64,000 nucleotides of DNA from Camelus dromedarius (Eukaryota), in contig NC_087438.1 in assembly GCF_036321535.1 (NCBI RefSeq), forward strand, positions 115,320,001 to 115,384,000, in the 5' to 3' direction. The notes under the pieces are model-generated. The model ran no database searches and was not told the DNA's origin. It saw only the letters and a list, made by a program, of their open reading frames with translations. Below are positions 55,120 to 64,000 of this stretch, piece by piece (positions within the stretch are counted from its first letter, which is position 1; each line of letters opens with the position of its first letter). Both the position numbers and the translations under genes were made by a program.

Positions 55120-58100
55120 CTAAAGGGACACGGTGGCGGCCATGACTTCCTCCAGCTGCTGCAGGAGCTCCTCTGGCTGTGGTGAGAACGCACTGGTGTC
55201 CACTCTCTGGAAGTCAGCGTGGGCCACCACGCACTCCAGCACCTCAGCTATGCGGCCGACGTCAAAAGCGGCCTGCTGGGGGCCCAGCCCACAGCCCTTG
55301 CTACCCCCCACCTGGCCAGGGTCCACACCCTCAGCCAGGAAGCGCAGCCTCCTTTCAGCGATGACCTTGAGGAAGTGATAAAAGTCCTTGAAATTGATGC
55401 CGGAGCACGACTTCATCATGACCTGGGTCAGAAAGAGCGGCCGGTGAGCCGCCACTCACGCACGGCTCTGGGCAAGCTCTTGCCCACCTTGTACAGAATT
55501 TAGGCTATGAAGGGCCCTGGGCACGGCCTAGCCCTCAGGATGGAGGAAGACACCCAGGGGCCGGACTCAAGCGCGTCTGAGTCCTGCAGTCTGGAAGGCC
55601 CAGTGACCTGCCTCGGTCCCAGACTCTCGCTCACAGAGGCAGGTCCGGTGGCCACCCCCCACCCTCCCAAAGACTGTAGCTCTGGCCCTAGGAGACCACA
55701 CCCTCCCGTGGGACCGCAGGCTGTCCTGGGGGCTCCTCCACACCCTCCCCCCGCTGAGGCCTCAGCCCTGGTGAGGCCCCTACCCGTCCTCCCACTGTAG
55801 CCCCGGTGAGCCTCTCCGCACGCCCCGCTCCTGCTCAGACCAGCCGTCCCACCTGGCAGTGGCGGTGCCAGTCGGACATGGTGTCCCTCCACTCGATGAT
55901 CTCCCGCTGCACCGCGCAGAGCTCCTGCTGCAGGAAGTGCCACATGTTGGCCAGGTTACAGCCGTTGACCCAGTTGTGGTTGATGGAGATGGTGTCCTCC
56001 TGGAAAGGGCAGGGCGCAGGCTGTCCCCACTAGCCCACAGGGGGCACTGTCCCCTCCCCATGTCCTGAGGTCTTCTCAAGCTGGAAAGGGCTGTTCCCAT
56101 CTCCCGATGGGTGCCAGAAGGGAAGAGGGAGCCGGGGCTGTGATCATCTGAATCCACAGTTAACCCAGAGTGGGGCTCCCCGGGGGCTGGGACAACCCCA
56201 TGGCTTGTAGACCCCTTGCCCATTGCTGCCCAGGAAAGCAACACGGGAGGGAGGGAAAGAGGCTGGGGGCCCTCAGCAGTGCTGCGTGCAGGAGCCAGCG
56301 TGGCCACAGGCAGGACCAGCCTTGCCCGTGGCCTGCCGTGTCCCACATCTGGGCTCTCCCAGAGGAACAGCCTGCCCACTCTGTGGGACCAGGAGGGGCA
56401 GGCTCACCCCGCTCGCTGCAGGGAGGCGTCTAGGAAGGCACTGAGGATGAGGAGGGCCACCTGGCAGGCCACGGGGCACAGCTGAGTGGGGAAGCCCTGT
56501 GGCCTGTCTCCCTGAGCCCTCAGGACCACAGCATGTGGGGCAGGGAGGGCCCACCCTACCAGGTTGTGGACTTGGTGGTGCCACCCACTGGGTACAAACA
56601 CCATCTCGCCAGCCTCCTGTGTGACCTCCAGTGGTGGATTACAGAGATCGAGCCTGGCGTGTAGGTGGCCATCTAGGAGTGTGGGGGAGGTCACATCGTA
56701 GGGCAGGCCACCGCGGCTATCCCGCAGGAATTCTTCTTGCCCCGGTGGGAAGAAGAACCACTTTTTCCTCCCGCAGATGTTGACAGACCAGCTGAAGGAG
56801 CGGAAAATGTCGGCGTGGAACGGTGACCTGCACAAGAGCTCCTGTTGGTGTCTTGTGGCTCAAATATGGGCTGTGCGCCTTCTGAATTACACAGGCCACG
56901 CTCAGAGGCCTCACTGGTCCCCAGTTCTCAGACCCGGCCTGTGGGCCAGGTGGGAGGGCCAGACCTCCCCCACCCCAGAGCAGGTGCCTGGGCTCTTGCC
57001 ACAGAGCAAAGAGGGTAAGTGGGCTTAGGAATGCCAGACCTGGCAGCCACCTCCATGACCTGGCTGACGGAAATCTGAGAGGCTCTGGCCGAGGACCGAC
57101 ACACCAGCAGGAACAGGAGGGTGACGGGGGTCAGGGTACAGGACGGCGGTGGGAGCAGACAGGCGGTTACCAGGTGCCGCTGGGCCCCATGTAGACGAAG
57201 CGGTAGTCATCCACGTCCAGGACGTCCCAGTACTCGTTGAGCCAGTCGGACGAGAAGTACACGGGCAGGGTGAACACGTCCTCCGCTGAGGAGTCCCTTC
57301 ACAAAGAGGCGTGAGGCTGCAGCCGAAGGCGCTGCCAGCCCACCTCCCAGCACCCAGGTCCTGAGGCCATGAGAGACCCTGAGAGGTTTGAAGTTATGTG
57401 AATGATGCTGACCTGCCTCTGGAGCCAGCGCCAACTGCCAGGCTGAGTGGGCCACATCAGGCCATCCAGCCACAGCCTAGCCAACACGCACAGGCAGTGA
57501 CCCAGCCGTTCTGGGCCCCTCCCAGACGCGCTCCAGGCCTTCAGCCTCTGGTTCTAAATGCATTGTCTGCGTCATGCTGGTTTCCCAACTTTGGGGGCCT
57601 CCTCTACTTTTTCACCCACACCAGGGACCTTGACTCTGCCAAGTGGATTCACAGGCATGTACACCAAGGTCCTTTGTACCTCGTCTCTCAAGCTCTCACT
57701 CCCTAGTCCATCCCCACAACCCAACCAATGGGCTCCCAAACAGAGGAGCATTCTAAGTTAGCCCAAGGAGAGGTGCAGCTCTGCCAACAGCACGGTCCCA
57801 CGTCACTCGCAGTCAGAGGCCGTGGCGGGGGAGCCTCAGCACCAAGTCACCCGCAGTTCCCTAAGACACTGTGCAGGCCCTCTGTTGCCATGTCTTTGTG
57901 CACTGACAGGCGCCTGCTCATCCTTCAAAACAAGGCTCAGGTATCAACTCCCCTGTGGCCACCCCTGCCTGCCTGATCCAGACCTTTTATTTTAGGGTTG
58001 CCGAAGGAAATGCAGGGCACCCCATCAAGACTGAAATTCAAATAAACAATGAACGCGCTTCCAGGCTAAATGTGCCCCCTGTGACACACCTGCACCTGAA

Positions 58101-59965
58101 AACCCCTCACAGCTTATCTGAAGCCCGAACTCACCGCGCGTGAGCGTCTGCGTCTCTGAGCTCATCTGCGTTCCTGGAACGAGCTCCTGAGCTCTAGGAC
58201 CAGAGTCTGGCTGCATCTCACCCACTGTCTGTTGGTCCGGCTCTCTCTGCCAAGCAAGCAGTTGTGTGGCAGACAGCACCCAGGGCAAGCTTTGAGCAGG
58301 ATGCTCGTGCCCCTCGTGCACTCTCGGATTCATCTTGGGACTCACTAGGATCTAAGTTTTTTTTTTTTTTTTTTTTTGAGTCTTAGTTCCTGCTTGAGCA
58401 AAACAAGAATTTGACTGTTCACTCATTCGTTATTGGAGCACCCACTCTGTGCCAGGTGGTGCCAGTAGGTGGGGGTCTGACTGTGATCCCCTCTCTGCTA
58501 GTGAAAAGCACAGCCCTGGCAAGGAAGAGGGACACAAAATTCTGAGGGCCACCTCAGAGTATGAGTGCCAGCAGAAGGCGTGGAGCTGCCCAAGGAAGCG
58601 AGAGGTTTCTTAAAGCAGCGTCCTTCAAGCTCCTCAGGAGGAAGAAGTTTGTGGTCGACGGGGACAGACCTCAGAAGGCCTCGTTAAAGTGTTGGCCTCA
58701 TTGCTTGTTAGCAATGGAGACCTTAAACGGGCAGGACACAGTCCTGCCGGAAAGATCTTTGGGACTTCAGTGAGTCTAGCAGCAGGGTGCGGGATTTGAG
58801 CTGGGGCAGCTAGTCTGGAGACTGGCAGCAGCCAAGGTGGATGAGAGCAAGCCTGACTTGGAGAAGCAGGTTGGGAGAGGGCAGGCTGATCCCAGGAGCA
58901 TCCGAGAGGACAGGCAAAAGCTAGATGGTGCCAGTTAGATTTTTTAGATGAAGCTGACAAGGACAGTTATGGGCAAATGTGACCAAAAAAAAAAAAAAAA
59001 AAAAGGTAGCAAGCACAGCCCATCTGGGCCACTGCCAGGCCCACACTCCTCACAGCAGCCAGCCCTGTCCAGGCACGGTGAAATGGCCACGACGGGACAG
59101 AATGACACTTCCAACCACTCTGAAGAGAGCGGGTTTTATACTAATTAAATTCTTAGCTGGGGAAAAGACGAGCTCCCCTGTGTGCAGCCAGGACTCACTC
59201 AGGGCAGGAAAAGCAGTGCTGGGGCCAGTGCTCCAGGCTCCTTTACCTGCACAGATGCCAGTCTTTGAGATAGAGACAGCCCCGTGGAGAGGAGTAGTTC
59301 CCCTGAATGTACTCTTTCCAGTAGCTGATGTAGTCTCTGAGGGGCATGTGTTCTTTGGGGTTGGAGTTGTATTCTTGGACCCCACAGTTTGCAACAGGTA
59401 CAACCAGGTCTCCTGAAAGGCAAGGGTCAGGCACAGACTTTTCTGAGAGTGCTCCAGCCTGTCCATCCTCCCTGACCCTGTCCGCCCTCCAACTCATTGG
59501 TACACACGTCTCCAGATGAATTCTTCTGGGGACCGACTCATGCCCTGCCTCCCTCAAGCCTTCCGCGGCTTACCTCATTAGCGCCCTCACAGTCTGACCC
59601 AAGGGAATTTAGCAGGGCGAGAGTCAAAGGACACTGGCTCTAGTCCTGTGTTTGCTAGTCCATGATGTCGCTGCCCTGCCCAGGCACTTGCGCTCCTCAC
59701 CATAGTTCTGAAGCAGATAATCGAAGTTGGGCTTTCCGCCGGGCGTCACCCAGAGCCTCCTACTGCCCCAGTCCTCGGTGAAAGCGCTGGAGAAAACACA
59801 GGGCAAGTTGGGGAGCAGGTAGCCCTTGAAGAAGTCCGCGTAGGAGAAGGCGTCTGGCTTCTCGATGAAGTCCACGCGGTCCAGTTTGGGGCAGACCCTG
59901 CCGGGTAGGCGCCCCCGAAGCCCTCGGAAGTGGCTCTCGGCGAACACGCGCGTGTCCCTGTCCAT
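55120..59965 (-). CDS. JMJD4: JmjC domain-containing protein 4 (2-oxoglutarate/Fe(II) oxygenase), 6 coding exons, 1275 nt, 424 aa
   Basis: Exons: 59965-59701, 59412-59247, 57296-57171, 56827-56560, 55999-55853, 55422-55120, all with GT-AG ends and consistent phase. MDRDTRVFAESHFRGL start; JmjC metal ligands in SPFHADIF and GWHHQVHNL; matches the remembered human JMJD4. Confidence 0.96.
57994..58150. mobile_element. MER53-like palindromic hAT MITE in JMJD4 intron 2 (degraded)
   Basis: Starts AGGGTTGCC...GAAATTCAAATAAACAATGAA with a partly preserved inverted half (TTATCTGAAG...). Confidence 0.6.
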
Positions 59966-60750
59966 CCCGAGCCAGGCCCCGCCTCCGTGGGGCGCGGAGC
60001 GCGTAGGGTGGGGGCCTGCCGGGGGGTCGGGAGGGCTGCTGGGAATGGGGCAAGGGTCGGGGGGGCTCGGAGGAGCTGCTGCGGACAAGGTGGGGGGCTG
60101 CCGGGCGGCCAGAGGAGCCTCCTTGGACCGGAGGGGCCGCTGGGGGCGGAGCAGCGGCCACGGCCCGGCGGAGAGCGGGGGCCCAAAATCCGGCTTCCGG
60201 ATTTCCACTTCTCTGCTCTTTAAACTGGGAGGTGAAAAAGGAAGTGCTTCCTAAAAGTAGTACCGGCGTAGACGCTCTGGGCATCCGCGGCTTGGCGCCC
60301 AGCGCCCGCCAGCACGAAGAAGGCGAAGTACAGGAACCGGTAGTGCGCAGTCGTCCCGGCGCGTCGTCCCGGCCAGTCGTCCCGGCGCAGTCGTCCCGGG
60401 CCAGTCGTCCCGGCGCAGTCGTCCCGGCGCAGTCGGGGGGAACCAAGATTCCGCGGGCGCAGTTCCCGCCGGAGCCGAAACGCCGCGCGCCGGGCCCCGG
60501 GCGCATGCTCACACAGGCAGCGGCCCTCACCTGGCGCAGGCACTGAGGGGCTACGGTGCCTTGGGCCCCGCGCCGGGTCCGCCCCGCTTCAGAGGTTTTC
60601 GAACGGTGCGGGCCCCGGGTCTCGCTGTCTTCGCGCCTCCCCAGTGACTCAGGTAAGCGGTGTCCCTAGTCTGCAGCTGGGCCTGTGTCCCAAGCCCCTC
60701 CGCTGGTCCCTCAGCACAATTTCTCCCGCCGCTAATGCCTGGGTGAGGAC
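59930..60750. promoter_or_regulatory. Bidirectional CpG-island promoter for JMJD4 (-) and probably SNAP47 (+); candidate SNAP47 non-coding exon 1 ends at 60652
   Basis: Dense CpG, ETS motifs (CTTCCGG ~60194, GGAAGT ~60240), plus-strand donor CAG|GTAAGC at 60652/60653. SNAP47 is assigned only from the known human and mouse head-to-head arrangement; no SNAP47 coding sequence is in the window. Confidence 0.6.
60345..60435. repeat. CpG-rich minisatellite, 13-14-bp unit with core GTCGTCCCGG, 6 full copies plus a partial
   Basis: Cores start at 60350, 60363, 60376, 60390, 60404 and 60418; partial at 60432. Confidence 0.92.
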
Positions 60751-62779
60751 CCCTCCTCTTTCCAGTGCTCCAAGGACGCAGAAGGTGGTGGCATGTGGGC
60801 TGGGCTAACAAAGAGGCACAAGGGCCAAAGGAGGGGTCCTGGGAGATGCTGGGTGTCTAAGGCGATGCTGAGGGCCTGGAGGGGACGCTGGGGGCTAAGG
60901 GGGATGTTGGGGGCCAGGAGAGGTTGGTGGGACCTGGAGGACATGCTGGGGGACTAGGGATGCTCTGACGTGCAGGTGTGGGGGACAGGGGTGGGGACAT
61001 GAGGCTGTGCACACCAGCAGACCTGAAATGGGGGGCCATCAGAGGGGGACTTGGGTGGGGGTGACACGTCAGGGTTTCAGCATGTTTGAGAAATAGATGT
61101 CCTTCCAACACAAACCTCCCCACATCAATATGGAAGGAAGAAAATAGGTCTGTTATTGTATGGGCAGATTACATGCATGCTAGGCATCTGCAGGAGAGTA
61201 CAGAGGTGGGCAGAACTTCAGACATTTCACACACAAGAAGCAGAAGAAAGACTAGGTATGACCCCCACCCCCCACCCCCACCGCTGTCTCCTGTCTCCTT
61301 GAGGGTAAAATAGATGCACGAGCGACCCCTGCCTCAGTTCTGGAGGTGTGTGTTTGCATCTCTGAGTCAGCAGGTGGTGACTGTGCCTTGTAAAATCTGA
61401 ACACTGAGTTTGTTTCATTCCTGACCAAAGGAAATAGCCAAAGGGAAGGGGAGGGGCAACTCCCTCCTCTTTAGTAAGCAGTGAAGATGTAATCTTGTTT
61501 ATTTACCCCTATAGGTGTCATAAGGGAGATTCTGAGGATACTGAGGCCCTGAGCTTTGGAGAGGAGCTTGCTAAGAGTAGTTCCCAGGGATATGAAGCTC
61601 ATGCATCAGGACAACAGCGAGGACCAGAAGTGGGGAAAGGCAGAGGAGGGGAAGACTAGGAAGACAGTGAGTTTGGGAGAGTCTGGAGTCCAGGCAGAGG
61701 AGGGGGCCAAAAGTGGGAGCTGAGAACATGGGCTAGATAGGACAGGCGGTGGCGAGTTTGTGGCAAGCAGACCAGTGTGAGGGGTTGTGTGACTCAGTGT
61801 GCACTGTGCTCCCTTCCCAGTCTGGCTCCTTGTGCCTCATGTGGTCAGGCTGTGGAATTCTTCATTGGGCCAGTGTGGGGCAGAAAGTGAGAATGCTCTG
61901 GGAAGCTACAATAGAGAAAAAGAGTCACCTTTAATCCCATCAAGAGATGAGCACTTTTCATTCTTGATACAGAGTTATCCTTCCAGGCACTTATTTCTTT
62001 GTTTTTCTGTTTTTTAATTTAAAAAAATTTAATTGAACTATAGTCCATTTACAATGTTGTGTCAATTTCTGGTGTACGGCGCAATGCTTCAGTCATATAG
62101 GAACATACGTATATTCGTTTTCATATTCTTTTTCACCACATGTTAATTTTTTTCTCTCTCTCCCTCTCTGCACACACATAGACACAGGGTCTCTCTATTT
62201 TACATATATGCAAGTTTATGTATGTAAGCTTTCTCTGCTTTTAGCTTTTTAAAAAAGATTAATGGTACATGGTCAGCTTCTTGCTGCTTGTTGACCAGGA
62301 GCTCCTCAATTACTTGATTTAAGTTGTAAGTTGAGATCATGGAAGGCAAATAGGAAGTGTGTGGGAAGCAGAGTTTTCACAGTTGTCTAAGATTTGGGAA
62401 CTATGGCTCAAAGTTTGCCTCATAGGGGAGATAGGAAATTCAGGTAGTCATTGCCTCAGAGGAACCCCAGGATTTCAGCTCCTGAAGCTCTGTGGTTGAG
62501 ACTAAGTTTTGTAAGGAAGGAGAGGTTTTAGGCCAGCAGGTCCACACGCTCCCCAGGATTGTTGGGACAACTGACCCAGTAACTCTGAGTTGGAGAGGAA
62601 GTCTCCTTTCTTGAGCATTTGCCCTGGGCCAGACATTTTGTGTGGTATTTGTCCTCGTTCACACAGTGGCCCTCTGATGTTGGCAGCGTTACCTGCACTG
62701 TGCACATGAGGCTTCAGCTTAAGGAGCATGATCAGAGTTGGAACTGGAACTGTATCCCTCCGAGGCCCCTAGACGGCAG

Positions 62780-62865
62780 CCCTGGCGTCACCTGGGAACT
62801 GTTGAGCACTGCGCACTCCTGGGCCCCACCCAGACCTGAGTCAGAACCTGGGGTGGGACATACCC
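62780..62865. mobile_element. MER5A-like fragment
   Basis: GCGTCACCTGGGAACTGTTGAG...CCTGGGCCCCACCCAGACCTGAGTCAGAACCTGGGGTGGG. Confidence 0.6.
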
Positions 62866-64000
62866 CACAGAGGGCCAGAAAAGGGAAATGGTAGGAGAGG
62901 GGATCAAAAGTCAGCACTTTGTTGGAAATGCAGTGGGAATAACGAAATTCTAGCTCTCTGCTCTGAGAGGTTAGAAAGACAGTGTGTACCATGTGAATAG
63001 GCCATGCGATTGCAATGGAACACCCCCAAACGGCACGTTTGAACCTCCCAGGTTGAGAGTGGGAGCCTCTGAGGAGCAGGAGGTGAAGGTAATGGAAAAG
63101 ACTGGCCACTGGTGCCTGGAGACACTGCTCCCACTGTTCTGACTCTAAGCCTTCTTGTGGTCAGGAGTTACTGGAAGGTGTGTAAAATGTCGCTTGGTCT
63201 GTTACTTTGGAAATTAACTAAAAATAGGGTGTTTACCTGATACTGTGTCTACTCCAGGGCACAGGTCTGTGCCAGTGCTAAGAGAGACCCATTATATTAA
63301 CTGCCGTGTGTTAGGAGTTCAGTCCCTGGGACCACTTGTTTCTTTCCCGGGAGCGTCACTGTGTGGACCAGCCTCAAACACTCCTGGGGTGCCTTACCGT
63401 TACCTCCTCTCCCTAGCCCAGCTCTACCCACAGGGGCAGCACGAGTCTACGGGTCTTTTCACTGGGAGATGCGGGTTCCAGGTTACAGCAGGTGAAGACC
63501 GAATAAGGCCTCCAGGAACTTAGCTTAGAACAGAGACCGAGGTCAGCGTGTAGAAGGAAGAAAACTGTTTAAAGGGGACACGGTTGATGTTTTCGTGTCA
63601 TATGTGGTTCACTCAGCACATACTTACTGGGTTCCTGTGATGTGCTGGCATTGTGCACAGGGCACCCTCCTTGTGTTGCTTGCCTTCTCCAGTGTGTCGC
63701 CGAGTTGGCACCATGTAAGCACAGTCACAGGCTCTGTGGAGTTAAGGGGAGTGCTGTGGTCAGAGAAGGGTCTGTTACGGGGGAGAGGATGCCACTGGAG
63801 CAGCGACCTGGGGAGCAAGATGGAGCTGGCCATTTAGTGTCCCAGGAGCAGCAGGGTGGGGAGCCCTGAGGCAGGAACAGAGGAGAGAGGAGGGGCTGGG
63901 TGGTGAGGCTGTAGTTAGTAAAGCCTGCATGGCTGGGGTGGGGACTTTGGATTTTACTCGAGGCACGTGGGGAAGGGTTTCAGCAGAAGAGTGGCATTTT

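Noticed and set aside
60345-60435. Regularly spaced direct repeats resembling a CRISPR array
   Set aside because: Spacers are only 3-4 nt and not unique, the context is mammalian and no cas genes are present; it is a minisatellite.
59760-60546. ORFs of 100-256 aa across the JMJD4/SNAP47 CpG island, including a hydrophobic HYRFLYFAFFVLAG stretch
   Set aside because: Explained by GC content and the stop-free VNTR; no family similarity that I can support.

Overview
Mammalian genomic DNA, probably camelid (two tRNA-Ala-derived Vic-1-type SINEs with target-site duplications). Gene order: 5' end of SH3BP5L (-), ZNF672 (+, single coding exon, 14 C2H2-type motifs), ZNF692 (-, 11 coding exons, 513 aa), an unannotated-looking intronless and highly divergent histone H2B-fold ORF with a CCAAT/GC/TATA promoter (~36.7-37.7 kb), tRNA-Leu(CAA, intron-containing) and tRNA-Glu(CTC), a ~4.3 kb degenerate ~58-bp tandem array, a ~1.4 kb AGCT-rich hexamer-derived segment that reads as a frameshifted Gly/Ala/Ser-rich ORF, JMJD4 (-, 6 coding exons, 424 aa), and a bidirectional CpG-island promoter with a 13-14-bp VNTR that probably also drives SNAP47 (+). 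The rest is typical mammalian repeat content (L1, L2, MIR, MER3/33/53/5A, MLT1/2, MER21-like) plus four N runs. The best candidate for something undescribed is the H2B-like gene. All gene and repeat names come from my recollection of human orthologues and repeat consensus sequences; no database search was run.
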